A stretch of DNA of 64,000 bases from an uncultured Thermodesulfobacteriota bacterium (GTDB taxonomy: Bacteria > Desulfobacterota > DSWW01): contig CAYZMM010000004.1 in assembly GCA_964479535.1 (NCBI GenBank), positions 70,459-134,458 on the forward strand, written 5' to 3'. The position numbers and the translations under genes were made by a program. Positions within the stretch are counted from its first letter, which is position 1. Every line of letters starts with the position of its first letter. The notes beneath the pieces were generated by a model. The model was not told where the DNA came from and made no database searches. It saw nothing but the letters and a program-made list of their open reading frames with translations. Positions 1 to 9,940 of this stretch are shown here, in pieces.

Positions 1-383
1 ACTACTTCTCCCGGTTCGGCTGCGACATCCCCCTCGGGGTGCGGTTCTCCGAGCCGTCGACCTATGACCGGAACCTCGACGGGATTCCGGACGAGAACCT
101 CTTCCCCTTTGCAGGCCGGATCACGAACGACTACGACTGGGATTCGGACGGGATTCCGGATGTGGAAGACAGCCTTCCCACCGTGCACGGCCGCTGCAGC
201 ACGAACAAGGTGAAGGGGGTGCCCGATTCGGATGGGGACGGGCGGTGCGACCCGGCTTCCTTCCGATTCGTGGCCGGAGGCTCCCGCCTGCTCGAGGGGG
301 ATCTTCTGATCGCCATGGAGGAGGATGTCGAGGCGGATGCCTGCCCCTACGTCTACGGGAAGAACGAAACGGGTTGCCCCTGA
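1..383 (+). CDS. Ca-binding repeat protein, C-terminal fragment (thrombospondin type-3-like D-x-D-x-D-G repeats); 5' end lies outside the window
   Basis: The frame is open from nt 3 with no upstream stop. It shows repeated DxDGIPD / DSDGDG acidic calcium-binding motifs. Confidence 0.5.
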   Translation, partial: YFSRFGCDIPLGVRFSEPSTYDRNLDGIPDENLFPFAGRITNDYDWDSDGIPDVEDSLPTVHGRCSTNKVKGVPDSDGDGRCDPASFRFVAGGSRLLEGDLLIAMEEDVEADACPYVYGKNETGCP

Positions 384-412
384 GCCGCATCCCGGTCGTG
401 CGCCAGCAGAGA

Positions 413-1528
413 CTATCCCGTTTCGATCGGGTATCTGCCGTACTTCTTTGCGGCCCGAACCATGGCGATGTAGTTCTCCGCCTTGACCCCCGGATGGATC
501 GTGTTCGAAGAGCTGATGATGTAGCCGCCCCCGGGTGCGGCCACCCGAATCGTCTCCGCCACGGTCTTCTCCACCTCCTCCTCGGTGCCGAAGGGGAGCA
601 GGAAGCTGCAGTCGATGTTCCCGACCAGGGCGGTCCGGCCCTGCGTGCTCTCCTTCACCTCCCCGATGTCCATGCACTGCGGCTGAATCGGGTGGAGGCC
701 GTCGAACCCCACTTCCACGAGGTCCTCCAGGATCGGCCAGAGATTGCCGTCCGAGTGCTTGACCACCTTCAGGCCCTTGCTGTGCGCAAACTCGATGATC
801 TCTGCGGTGAAGGGCTTCAAGAACCGCCGGTATTGATCCGGGCTCATCAGCGTGCTGGTGTTGAAGGCCAGGTCCCCCTGCAGGGTGATCACGTCCGCTC
901 CGCGATCGGCCGCGATGTCGATGGCGGCCCTGTTGAAATCGGTGGCGACCCTGGCGAGGTCCAGGACGAACGCCGGATTTCGGATGTAGGCCAGGAGCAG
1001 GGCGTCCATGCCGCCCATGAGCTGCCAGGAGGTGCGGAACGGCCCGGGGACGCCGAAGAAGTGGGCCACGTCCCTGCCCATCGTCTGGATCATGTACTCG
1101 AGCATGAGGAAGTCCGCCGGATCCGGCTCGATGCCGGCCACCTTGTGGAGGTCTTCCGGGCCCTGGACAGGCCCGCCCACGGGCAACGGTTCCCCCACCT
1201 CGGAGAGCATGTAGGTCGTCCCGTACTTGTCCCGGGCAAGGTCGTCGCCGGCCGGCTCCTTGCTGATGATCAGCACGGTGGAGACGCCGTCGTTGCCCAG
1301 CTCCCTGAGGATCAGCCCTAGAAGGTCCACGTACTTGACCTTGTCTTCCAGGGTCATCTTGGAAACGTGCTTCACCGGGGGGAGCTCGTCCGTGAAATGC
1401 GCTCCCAGCTTCACGATGCTCGATTCGTTGATGGCCAGCTCGAAGACCGGAACCCGGTCCGGTTCCCGGCATTCGAGGGCCGTGAGAATTCGCTCCTTAC
1501 CTGTCATGGCCGGTTCCCTCCCCGCCAT
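413..1528 (-). CDS. uroporphyrinogen decarboxylase (URO-D) family protein, MtaA/CmuA-like methyltransferase type
   Basis: A 371 aa ORF whose length and motif pattern fit the URO-D/methylcobamide methyltransferase family. It ends on a TAG stop. Confidence 0.65.
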   Translation of the reverse strand: MAGREPAMTGKERILTALECREPDRVPVFELAINESSIVKLGAHFTDELPPVKHVSKMTLEDKVKYVDLLGLILRELGNDGVSTVLIISKEPAGDDLARDKYGTTYMLSEVGEPLPVGGPVQGPEDLHKVAGIEPDPADFLMLEYMIQTMGRDVAHFFGVPGPFRTSWQLMGGMDALLLAYIRNPAFVLDLARVATDFNRAAIDIAADRGADVITLQGDLAFNTSTLMSPDQYRRFLKPFTAEIIEFAHSKGLKVVKHSDGNLWPILEDLVEVGFDGLHPIQPQCMDIGEVKESTQGRTALVGNIDCSFLLPFGTEEEVEKTVAETIRVAAPGGGYIISSSNTIHPGVKAENYIAMVRAAKKYGRYPIETG

Positions 1529-1577
1529 TGCGTTTCGCCTTTCGGAGATCGGTGCCTGTCCCCGAACTCCGCGAGGC

Positions 1578-2867
1578 TCACTCGTTGAGCAACACGATCT
1601 GTTCCACCCTTGCCAGATCTCTTTCGTACCATCGGGATCCGATGAGAAGCAACCCGGATGCGATCGCCCCGAAGACGGGCAGGGCGAAGAGGGCCTTGTC
1701 CAGACCCAAGCGGTCCGACAGGGCGCCGATGAGCATGGGTGACCAGGCCCCCCCGAGGAGGTGCTGGCAGATCACGCAGAGGCCGTAGGAGAGGGCGCGC
1801 ATTCCCGGGTGGACCACCTCCTGGGTGACCGCAGCCGAAGGGGCCACGTAGCAGACGGTGATGATGCCGAAGCAGATCAGCAGCGGGGCAAAGAAAACGG
1901 AGCCGGTGAACAGGAAGGCGGTGGCCAGGAGCAGCGCCGAAAGGAGAGAGGTGAGGCCCGAGAAGACCATCCGGGCGTTCACCCGTCTTCGTATCCAGCG
2001 ATCCGCCAGAAACCCGCCCAGGGGCGCGCCCACCATGACGAGAAGCATGAGCCCGGCCGCCATGTTGCCCGCCGTCTGCTTATCCATCCCGTGGAACCGG
2101 TGAAAATAAGCGGGCAGCCACGTCAGGAGCGCATTCGTGATCGCCGTGTTCATGGCGAAGGCCAGATACACGAACCAGATCGTGGGAATGCGAAACAGCC
2201 CGAACACGGAGCCCCTGAAGCCGCCCGGCGCCTCCGGTCCTGCGCCGACTCTCTGGTCGAGAGCGACGCTTCGATAGTCCCGGGTGAACCAGAACAGCAC
2301 CGCCAGGATGAGGCCGGGAAGGGAGACGAGCCCGAAGGCATGCCGCCACCCGTAGCGCTGGCCGATGTACCCGCCGACCATGAACCCGACGGCGGCCCCG
2401 ATCGGGATGAAGGCGTTCCACACGCCCATGGCACGGGCCCGCACCTCCCGGGGGTAAGCGGCCGCAAGCGAGGCGGTGCCTGCCGGCGCATAGCCCGCCT
2501 CCCCCAGCCCCACGAAGGCGCGTGCCACGAGAAGCTGCCCGTAGTTGCGCGTGAACGCGCAGGCGAGCGTCGCCATGCTCCATACGAAGACCATCAGGGA
2601 AATCATCTTCCGGCGGCTCCACCGGTCCACCAGCACGGACAGGGGGAGCACGAAGACCGCGATGGTCAGGTAGATCACGCTCGTCAGGGAGCCGAGGGCC
2701 TGGTCCGACAGGCCCCAGTCCTGCTTGATGAAGGGGATGAGGGCCCCCACGATCATGCGATCCGCATAGTCGAAGAGCATGGTGAGGCAGAGCAGGATCA
2801 GGGTGACCGCCGCGCCGCGCCGGCCCGGCCGGTAGATCTCGTTCTGCCCGGTCATCGGTGGTTTCAT
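1578..2867 (-). CDS. MFS transporter
   Basis: 429 aa with about 12 predicted TM segments and an MFS-type D-R-x-G-R-R/K loop (LVDRWSRRK). Confidence 0.75.
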   Translation of the reverse strand: MKPPMTGQNEIYRPGRRGAAVTLILLCLTMLFDYADRMIVGALIPFIKQDWGLSDQALGSLTSVIYLTIAVFVLPLSVLVDRWSRRKMISLMVFVWSMATLACAFTRNYGQLLVARAFVGLGEAGYAPAGTASLAAAYPREVRARAMGVWNAFIPIGAAVGFMVGGYIGQRYGWRHAFGLVSLPGLILAVLFWFTRDYRSVALDQRVGAGPEAPGGFRGSVFGLFRIPTIWFVYLAFAMNTAITNALLTWLPAYFHRFHGMDKQTAGNMAAGLMLLVMVGAPLGGFLADRWIRRRVNARMVFSGLTSLLSALLLATAFLFTGSVFFAPLLICFGIITVCYVAPSAAVTQEVVHPGMRALSYGLCVICQHLLGGAWSPMLIGALSDRLGLDKALFALPVFGAIASGLLLIGSRWYERDLARVEQIVLLNE

Positions 2868-3048
2868 CAGGGATCGCTTGCGCTGTCGTGAAGGAGGACG
2901 GGCGGATTATACATGCACATCTCCCGGCGCGTCCATTCCCGGCAAGTGACCCGGCATTCGCGGCTCGATCCCGCTCCCCGCGGAATTGATTTGTACCCGG
3001 GTCCTGTGCGACTGTAGGCGCAAAGACCGAGCCGAGGGGGGACTTCCT

Positions 3049-4545
3049 ATGGACCCGGAGCGCCTTCCCGTGATCGTGGGCGTGGGCCAGACCGTGAACA
3101 GGCCGAAGACCATGGAGGAGATCCGGGAGCCGGTGGATCTGATCGAAGCGTCCGCCCGAAGGGCTGAAGAGGACAGCGGGGCGGAGGGGACGCTTTCCGG
3201 CCTCGAGCTGCTCGGCGTGGTCAACATCCTCTCCTGGTCCTATGAAGATCCTCCGGCCACGGTGGCGGAAAGGCTCGGCGCGAAGCCGGCCGTCCGATGG
3301 TACACCGGGGTGGGGGCCTGCGGGCCCCAGTGGCTGCTCGCGGAAGGGGCGGACAAGATCGCCCAGGGGGAGGTGAAGGTCGCTCTCGTCTGCGGGGCCG
3401 AATCGTATGCGTCGAGGTCCACGGCGCGCAAGTGCGGAGAGAGGCCTCCCTGGAAGCGGGAGCCGGGCACCCTGAATCTGGTGGGGGACCTGCGCCACGC
3501 GACCACGCCCACCGAGGAGCGGCACGGCCTCATCGTGCCGTCCGACATCTACGCCCTGTTCGAGAATGCCCGACGTTACGAAAAGGGCCAGACGCTCGAG
3601 GAGCACACGCGGGAGATCGCCGACCTGTGCGCGGAACTGGGGCGGGTCGCCGCGAAGAACCCGTATGCCTGGTTCCGGCAGGAACGGAGCGCCGATGATT
3701 TCCGCACGGTTTCCGAGCGAAACCGAATGGTGGCCGTTCCCTACACCAAGCTGATGTGCTCCATGATCTTCACGGACCAGGCTTGTGCGGTCCTGATGAT
3801 GAGCCTGGCCGAGGCGAGGCGGAGAAGGATCCCGGAAGAGAAGTACGTCTTCCCCGTCGGATTCGGGGAAGCGTCCGACCTCTGGTACGTCACGCACCGC
3901 AAGGATCTCCACGACTCCCCCTGCGCAAAGACGGCGGCGGACATGGCCCTGGCCCAGGCGGGCAGCTCCCTGGAGGAGGTGGACTGCCTCGACCTCTACA
4001 GCTGCTTCCCGTGCGTCCCCCGAATCGTACGGGACGCCCTCGGGATCGAGCCCGCCGACCCCAGGCACCTGACCGTGACAGGGGGCATGTCGAACTTCGG
4101 GGGCCCGGGGAACAACTACAGCCTGCACGCCGTCTGCCGGATGACGGAAATCCTGCGCGAACAGCCCGGCAAACAGGGCCTCGTCCATTCCGTGAGCTGG
4201 TTCCTTAGCAAGAATGCGGTCGGCGTCTACCGGAGCGGGCCCTGCCCGGAGGCGTGGAAACGCCCGGACAAGGGGCCGTTTCTCCGGGAGCTCGAGGCGC
4301 TCGAGGCACCGGAGATCGTCGAATCCCCGGAAGGCGATGCCACCATCGAGACGTACACAGCCGGCTATCAGGGAGGAGAGCCGGGCTACGGCTTCGTGAT
4401 CGGAAGAACCCCGGAAGGCGCGAGGTTTCTCGCCCGGGTGGAGGACGACCCCGACACCCTGGCGGCCATGGCTTCCGAGGAGGTCATCGGCCGAAAGGGC
4501 ACGGTCCGCCCATCCCCGGCCGGCACGAACCTGTTCGGCCTCTAG
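3049..4545 (+). CDS. thiolase-like (SCP-x / acetyl-CoA C-acyltransferase family) protein with a C-terminal DUF35-type OB-fold domain
   Basis: The thiolase N-domain carries an active-site Cys region (VGVGQT...GACG). A roughly 110 aa C-terminal extension resembles the OB-fold partner proteins of SCP-x thiolases. The ATG at 3049 is preferred over the 2986 start. Confidence 0.6.
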   Translation: MDPERLPVIVGVGQTVNRPKTMEEIREPVDLIEASARRAEEDSGAEGTLSGLELLGVVNILSWSYEDPPATVAERLGAKPAVRWYTGVGACGPQWLLAEGADKIAQGEVKVALVCGAESYASRSTARKCGERPPWKREPGTLNLVGDLRHATTPTEERHGLIVPSDIYALFENARRYEKGQTLEEHTREIADLCAELGRVAAKNPYAWFRQERSADDFRTVSERNRMVAVPYTKLMCSMIFTDQACAVLMMSLAEARRRRIPEEKYVFPVGFGEASDLWYVTHRKDLHDSPCAKTAADMALAQAGSSLEEVDCLDLYSCFPCVPRIVRDALGIEPADPRHLTVTGGMSNFGGPGNNYSLHAVCRMTEILREQPGKQGLVHSVSWFLSKNAVGVYRSGPCPEAWKRPDKGPFLRELEALEAPEIVESPEGDATIETYTAGYQGGEPGYGFVIGRTPEGARFLARVEDDPDTLAAMASEEVIGRKGTVRPSPAGTNLFGL

Positions 4546-4666
4546 GAAGGCCGCGGCACACGGGGGTTGCCACGTCGGCTGCGCCTCCTCGCAATATCCC
4601 AGGCTCACGGATACCGGGCCTTTCCCCTTTGACCTTCAACAGCCTGTCCCCGCATCCGGCACTGCT

Positions 4667-4695
4667 TTGCCTTCGCCGGAAGATCCTATTATAAT
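4667..4695 (+). promoter_or_regulatory. putative sigma70 promoter (TTGCCT-17 nt-TATAAT) for the pdaD-ior-paaK operon
   Basis: A perfect -10 TATAAT sits at 4690-4695 with TTGCCT exactly 17 nt upstream. Both are rare by chance in 65% GC DNA. Confidence 0.4.
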
Positions 4696-4765
4696 GCAAG
4701 GTTCACTCGATCGTCTTCTGATCGAAGTTCCTGTATTTCCCTCTCCGACCATTGGGCCCGATAAA

Positions 4766-5314
4766 ATGTACGTCCCGCGAATGATGTTCCTGACCAAAGG
4801 GGTCGGCCGGCACAAGGAGAAGCTCGCCAGCCTGGAGCTCGCACTCCGGACGGCGGGCATTGCCCCGTTCAATCTCATCAAGGTGTCGAGCATCTATCCC
4901 CCTTCGTGCAAGATCGTCTCCCGGGCGAAGGCGTTGAAGGTTCTGAAGCCGGGACAGGTGGTGCACACGGTCATGAGCGAGGCCGCCACCAAAGAGCCGC
5001 ATCGGTTGATTTCCGCCTCCATCGGCATCGCCATCCCGAAGGACCCGGAGCAGTACGGCTACCTTTCGGAGCACCACGCCTACGGCCAGACCGGGGAGGT
5101 TGCGGGCGAATATGCAGAAGACCTCGCCGCCTGGATGCTGGCGACCATCCTGGGCGCGGAGGATTTCGATCCGGATCAGGATTACGACGAGAAGAGGGAC
5201 TTCTGGCGCATCAGCGACAAGATCATTCGAACGCGCAACATCACGCAGTCGGCGGTCGGCCACAAGGCGGGGTTCTGGACGACCTGTCTGGCCGCCGCGG
5301 TCCTGATCCCCTGA
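4766..5314 (+). CDS. pdaD: pyruvoyl-dependent arginine decarboxylase (PdaD family)
   Basis: The FLTKGVG...NLIKVSSIYPP region matches the PdaD Ser-Ser self-cleavage site (compare the archaeal NLIRISSIMPP). The start at 4766 (MYVPRMMF) gives a typical 182 aa length. An alternative TTG at 4667 would overlap the putative promoter. Confidence 0.6.
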   Translation: MYVPRMMFLTKGVGRHKEKLASLELALRTAGIAPFNLIKVSSIYPPSCKIVSRAKALKVLKPGQVVHTVMSEAATKEPHRLISASIGIAIPKDPEQYGYLSEHHAYGQTGEVAGEYAEDLAAWMLATILGAEDFDPDQDYDEKRDFWRISDKIIRTRNITQSAVGHKAGFWTTCLAAAVLIP

Positions 5315-5326
5315 GGCACCACGATC

Positions 5327-6175
5327 ATGAAGAAGCCGGTCAGTGCAATCGACCTCTACAAGGCAACGCCGAGGACCAACTGCAAAGAGTGCGGGTTTCC
5401 GACCTGCCTGGCATTCGCAACCTGTGTCATCGTGGAGAAGAAGCCCCTGGAAAGCTGCCCCTACCTGCCGGAGGGGGTGAGGGAGGAACTGGGCGGAAGG
5501 ATCCACGAACAGCAGACCGAAGGCGTGTACGTGAAGCGGGACCTCTACAAGATCACCGCGGATCACATCCGGGAGCGGATCGCGGACCATGACTTCTCCG
5601 CCATCGCCGAGGGCCTGGGCGCCGAGTACACCGAAGAAGACGGCCAACCCCATCTGCGCCTCTCCTACATGAACCGTGACTGCCGGGTCTCCAGGCAGGA
5701 GATCCGGATCGAAGGAAGCCCGGCCGGGAATCACTGGGACAACATCCTGCTCTACAACTACGTCCATTTCTCGGGCAGCGAACCGGTCCGCGGCGAATGG
5801 ATCCCCATCGACAACATACCGGGGCACATCCCGAAGAAGCCGGAGCTCGAGCACGGCTGCGAGCAGAAGATCGCGGCCCATTTCGAGGGGAAGCCGGAGA
5901 GGCTGGAAGGAGCTGCGGGTGCCCTCGGAGGGAGGCAGGCGGAGAACGAATCCGGCGCGGACGCGGCCCTGACCTTTCTCCCCCTGCCGAAGGTCCCCTT
6001 CTTCCTCCTCTTCTGGGACGCGGTTCCCGAGGAGGGGTTCGAGTCGAGGGCCAAGCTTCTCTTCGATCGGTCCGTTACGGACTATCTGGACATCGAGTCC
6101 CTGGTCTTCCTTGCCGAGAGATTCGCCGACACCCTGATCGAGGAAGACGAACGAACCTCTAACACGAGAGTCTGA
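5327..6175 (+). CDS. Fe-S cluster-binding protein with an N-terminal CFeSP-like 4Fe-4S motif (CxxCGFPTCLAFA...CP) and a DUF3786-like body
   Basis: The N-terminal Cys motif is identical in pattern to the N-terminus of the corrinoid iron-sulfur protein large subunit. Confidence 0.5.
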   Translation: MKKPVSAIDLYKATPRTNCKECGFPTCLAFATCVIVEKKPLESCPYLPEGVREELGGRIHEQQTEGVYVKRDLYKITADHIRERIADHDFSAIAEGLGAEYTEEDGQPHLRLSYMNRDCRVSRQEIRIEGSPAGNHWDNILLYNYVHFSGSEPVRGEWIPIDNIPGHIPKKPELEHGCEQKIAAHFEGKPERLEGAAGALGGRQAENESGADAALTFLPLPKVPFFLLFWDAVPEEGFESRAKLLFDRSVTDYLDIESLVFLAERFADTLIEEDERTSNTRV

Positions 6176-6179
6176 CACC

Positions 6180-7937
6180 ATGGAATCGACGAATACGAAA
6201 CTGCTGTCCGGAAACGAGGCGATCGCATGGGGGGCCTATGATTACGGCGTCAAGGTGGCTTCGGCCTATCCGGGCACGCCCAGCACCGAAATCCTCGAAA
6301 ACATCGCCCGCTTCGACGACGTGTACGCGGAATGGGCCCCCAACGAGAAGGTCGCCCTGGAGGTGGCCATCGGAGCCTGTCTAGGGGGCGTACGAACCCT
6401 GGCCAGCATGAAGCACGTGGGCCTGAACGTGGCGGCGGACCCCTTCTTCACCGCCTCCTACATCGGCGTCAACGGCGGCCTCGTGATCATCAGCGCGGAC
6501 GACCCGGGCATGCACAGCTCCCAGAACGAGCAGGACAACCGCCACTACGCTCTGGCCGCCAAGGTGCCCATGCTGGAGCCTGCGGATTCCCAGGAAGCGT
6601 ACGAATTCATCGGAGAGGCCCTCGAGATCAGCGAGAAGTACGACACGCCCGTGCTCTTCCGGGTCACCACCAGGATCTCCCATTCGAAAGGCGTGGTCCG
6701 GAGAAGGGCGAACCGGGTGCAACACCTCAGAGAGCCGGGCTTCGTCAAGGACCCGCCCAAGTATGTGATGGTACCCAATTTCGCCCGCCAGAGGCACGAT
6801 GTGGTGGAGCAGCGTGTCGTCCGGCTCCAAGAGCTTTCGGAAACGACCCCGCTCAACCGAATCGAGTGGGGCCGCCGGGAAGTGGGCATCATCACCAGCA
6901 GCGTAGCGTACCAGTATGCCAGGGAAGCCCGCCCCCGGGCCTCCTTCCTGAAGCTGGGTCTGAGCTATCCCCTGCCCGAGAGCCGGGTGAGGGAATTCGC
7001 CGAGGGCGTGAACAAGGTCTTCGTGGTGGAGGAACTGGATCCCTATCTGGAAGACCAGATCAGGGCCCTCGGGATCCCGGCCATCGGAAAGGAGCGCTTC
7101 CCGATCTGCGGCGAGCTCTCGCCCGAGATCGTGAAACAGGGCATGAGCGGAAGGAGGCGGAAGAAAGTCCCCGCTGCCGCAGCGATCCCGCCGAGGCCTC
7201 CCGCCCTCTGCCCCGGATGCCCTCACTCGGCCACCTTCTACACGATCAAGAAGCTCAAGCTGAACGTGATGGGCGACATCGGGTGTTACACGCTGAGCGT
7301 GGCCCCTCCCCTGGAAACGATGGACTCCACGCTCTGCATGGGGGCGAGCATCGGCATGGCCCACGGCATGGACAAGGCCCTCGGTGCGGACCCTGATTCG
7401 CGCTGCGTTGCCGTCCTCGGGGACAGCACGTTTCTGCACAGCGGCATCGCCCCGCTCCTGAACATCGCCTACAACCGGGGGAACTCGACCACGGTCATCC
7501 TGGACAACCGTACCACGGCCATGACCGGTTTCCAGGAGCACGCGGCCACCGGCAAGACCCTTCAGGGAGAGGAAGCCCCCGAGGTCGATTTCGAGGGCCT
7601 GGGCAAGGCGCTCGGGATCGAGTCGGTCCGTACGGTCGACCCGTACGAGATGAAGGGCCTCGAACGGGCCCTGAAAGAGGAGGTGGAGGCGCCCCGCTCC
7701 TCCCTGATCATCGCCCGGAGGGACTGCCTCCTCAAGAAGCGAGGCGAGCGGAAGACGCCCAAGACCGTGGCCCCGGAAAAATGCGTGGGATGCAACATGT
7801 GCCTGCTCACGGGGTGCCCGGCCCTCAGCCAGACAGCGCACGGAAAGGCGCAGATCGACAGCGTCCTCTGCAACGGATGCCCGATCTGTGAACAGATATG
7901 CAAGCTGGACGCGATCCACGACCTCTCGTACGACTAG
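6180..7937 (+). CDS. iorA: indolepyruvate ferredoxin oxidoreductase, alpha subunit (TPP-binding, two C-terminal 4Fe-4S ferredoxin motifs)
   Basis: 585 aa. The N-terminus is a 2-oxoacid:ferredoxin oxidoreductase with a TPP-binding fold. The C-terminus carries CxxCxxCxxxCP twice. Confidence 0.85.
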   Translation: MESTNTKLLSGNEAIAWGAYDYGVKVASAYPGTPSTEILENIARFDDVYAEWAPNEKVALEVAIGACLGGVRTLASMKHVGLNVAADPFFTASYIGVNGGLVIISADDPGMHSSQNEQDNRHYALAAKVPMLEPADSQEAYEFIGEALEISEKYDTPVLFRVTTRISHSKGVVRRRANRVQHLREPGFVKDPPKYVMVPNFARQRHDVVEQRVVRLQELSETTPLNRIEWGRREVGIITSSVAYQYAREARPRASFLKLGLSYPLPESRVREFAEGVNKVFVVEELDPYLEDQIRALGIPAIGKERFPICGELSPEIVKQGMSGRRRKKVPAAAAIPPRPPALCPGCPHSATFYTIKKLKLNVMGDIGCYTLSVAPPLETMDSTLCMGASIGMAHGMDKALGADPDSRCVAVLGDSTFLHSGIAPLLNIAYNRGNSTTVILDNRTTAMTGFQEHAATGKTLQGEEAPEVDFEGLGKALGIESVRTVDPYEMKGLERALKEEVEAPRSSLIIARRDCLLKKRGERKTPKTVAPEKCVGCNMCLLTGCPALSQTAHGKAQIDSVLCNGCPICEQICKLDAIHDLSYD

Positions 7938-7950
7938 GAGACTCCGAGCA

Positions 7951-8523
7951 TTGAAGAACCACGACATCTTTCTCGCCGGCGTTGGCGGACAAGGCATCCT
8001 ACTGGCAGGAGAGATCCTCTGCCTGGTGTTCATGGAGGCGGGGCTGGACGTGAAGAAGAGTGAAGTCCACGGCATGGCGCAACGGGGCGGGTCGGTCACC
8101 AGCCATGTCCGGTGCGGCCGCAAGGTCTTCTCCCCTCTGATTCCGAAAGGCCAGGCGGACATCCTCATGGGATTCGAGGCCCTCGAGGCCCTTCGGTGGG
8201 CCGATTTTCTGAAAGAGGACGGGGTCCTCCTGGTCAACCGGCAGAAGATCAACCCGACCACGGTCACCTCGGGCCGCATGGATTACCCGAGCCGCATCTA
8301 CGATCTCCTGAAGAAGAAGCGGCCCACCACCCGGATCGTCGACGGCCTGAAGCTCGCCCGAAAGGCGGGCGATGTTCGCACCGTGAACAGCGTGCTCGTG
8401 GGGGCCATCTCCCGGGAGCTGGACTTCCCGGAAGAGATGTGGACGAAGGCGATCTCCCAGAGGCTTCCGGAGAAGTTCGTGCCCATGAACCTGCACGCCT
8501 TCGAACTCGGCAGGGGTCGTTGA
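7951..8523 (+). CDS. iorB: indolepyruvate oxidoreductase, beta subunit
   Basis: A TTG start at 7951 lies just after the iorA stop. The GVGGQGILLAG motif is typical of OFOR gamma/IorB subunits. The protein is 190 aa. Confidence 0.8.
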   Translation: MKNHDIFLAGVGGQGILLAGEILCLVFMEAGLDVKKSEVHGMAQRGGSVTSHVRCGRKVFSPLIPKGQADILMGFEALEALRWADFLKEDGVLLVNRQKINPTTVTSGRMDYPSRIYDLLKKKRPTTRIVDGLKLARKAGDVRTVNSVLVGAISRELDFPEEMWTKAISQRLPEKFVPMNLHAFELGRGR

Positions 8524-8541
8524 GGCGGGAAAGGAGCCGCG

Positions 8542-9840
8542 TTGTACTGGAACGAAGCGTGCGAATGCTGCGGCCGGGAAGACCTGGAGAGGCTTCAGCT
8601 GGAGAGGTTGCAGCGTCTGGTCGACAGGGTCTACCGGCAGGTGCCCTTCTACCGGAACAGGCTCGAGGGAGCGGGCATCGGGCCCGCGGACATCCGCAGC
8701 CTCGAGGATCTCGAGAAGATCCCCTTCACTACAAAGGCCGACCTTCGCGACAACTATCCCTTCGGCCTCTTCGCCGTGCCCATGGATGAAATCATCCGGC
8801 TACACGCCTCGACCGGCACCACGGGAAAGCCCACGGTGGTCGGGTACACGCGAAAAGACATCGACACATGGGCAGAGGTCATGGCCCGGACGCTGGTTTC
8901 GGCGGGCGCGCACCAGGGGGACATCATCCAGGTCGCCTACGGCTACGGCCTGTTCACCGGAGGGCTGGGCGCCCATTACGGCGCCGAGAAGATCGGAGCG
9001 GCGGTCGTGCCGGTCTCGACCGGGAACACGAAGCGACAGATCACGCTGCTCGAGGACTTCGGAACCACGGTTCTCTGCTCGACCCCCTCCTACGCGCTGT
9101 ACCTGGCAGAGGCGGCGGAGGAGCGAGGCGTCTCCACGTGCGCCCTTCCGCTGCGGGTGGGCGTGTTCGGAGCCGAGCCCTGGACCGACAGTCTGCGGAA
9201 GGAGATCGAGAGGAAGCTCCACGTATCCGCCATCGACATCTACGGCTTGAGCGAGATCATCGGCCCCGGCGTGGCGTCCGAGTGTGAGGCGAAGGACGGA
9301 CTGCACATCATGGAGGATCATTTCCTGCCCGAGATCATCGACCCGGACACGGGGGAGCCGCTGGAGGAAGGCGCGGCCGGTGAGCTCGTGATCACGACAC
9401 TGACCAAGGAGGGAATCCCCCTCCTGAGGTATCGGGTGCGGGACATCACGCGACTGACCCGGGAGCCGTGCCCCTGCGGCAGGACCACGGCCCGCATGGA
9501 GCGTGTCACCGGGCGATCGGACGACATGCTGATCATCCGGGGGGTCAACGTGTTTCCGTCCCAGATCGAGAGCGTTCTGCTGGGAATTCCGGAGGCGGCT
9601 CCGCACTACATGATCTACGTGGACCGGGAGAAGACCCTCGACACCCTCGAGATCCATGTGGAGGTCTCGGAGGAGATGTTCTCGGACGAGGTCAGAGAAA
9701 TGGCGGGAATCGAGAAGCGGATCCGTGGGGAAGTGGAAAGCATCCTGGGGATCGGCGTGAAGATCAAGCTCGTGGAGCCCAGATCGATCACCCGGAGCGA
9801 GGGCAAGGCGGTACGCGTGATCGATCGAAGAAGGACGTAG
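8542..9840 (+). CDS. paaK: phenylacetate-CoA ligase (PaaK-type adenylate-forming enzyme)
   Basis: A TTG start is preceded by an AAGGAG RBS. The [10 protein letters not shown]-loop and the overall length match PaaK. Confidence 0.8.
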   Translation: MYWNEACECCGREDLERLQLERLQRLVDRVYRQVPFYRNRLEGAGIGPADIRSLEDLEKIPFTTKADLRDNYPFGLFAVPMDEIIRLHASTGTTGKPTVVGYTRKDIDTWAEVMARTLVSAGAHQGDIIQVAYGYGLFTGGLGAHYGAEKIGAAVVPVSTGNTKRQITLLEDFGTTVLCSTPSYALYLAEAAEERGVSTCALPLRVGVFGAEPWTDSLRKEIERKLHVSAIDIYGLSEIIGPGVASECEAKDGLHIMEDHFLPEIIDPDTGEPLEEGAAGELVITTLTKEGIPLLRYRVRDITRLTREPCPCGRTTARMERVTGRSDDMLIIRGVNVFPSQIESVLLGIPEAAPHYMIYVDREKTLDTLEIHVEVSEEMFSDEVREMAGIEKRIRGEVESILGIGVKIKLVEPRSITRSEGKAVRVIDRRRT

Positions 9841-9940
9841 GATTCAGGTGGCGGCCGGCAAGCATCCTCGAGTGAGGGACCTTGCGAGGAGGCGCAGCCG
9901 ACGCGGCAATCCCCCGCATCCTACACGGAGGAGATGTGGC

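Noticed and set aside
245-1321. Long antisense or alternate-frame ORFs throughout the window. Examples are 245..1321+, 2080..4608-, 4703..6181-, 6381..8279-, 14414..15397-, 44729..46747+, 55161..57881+ and 61748..63322+.
   Set aside because: They overlap well-supported genes on the opposite strand or in another frame. Their Arg/Pro/Gly-rich low-complexity composition is typical of stop-codon-poor high-GC DNA. None carries recognisable motifs.
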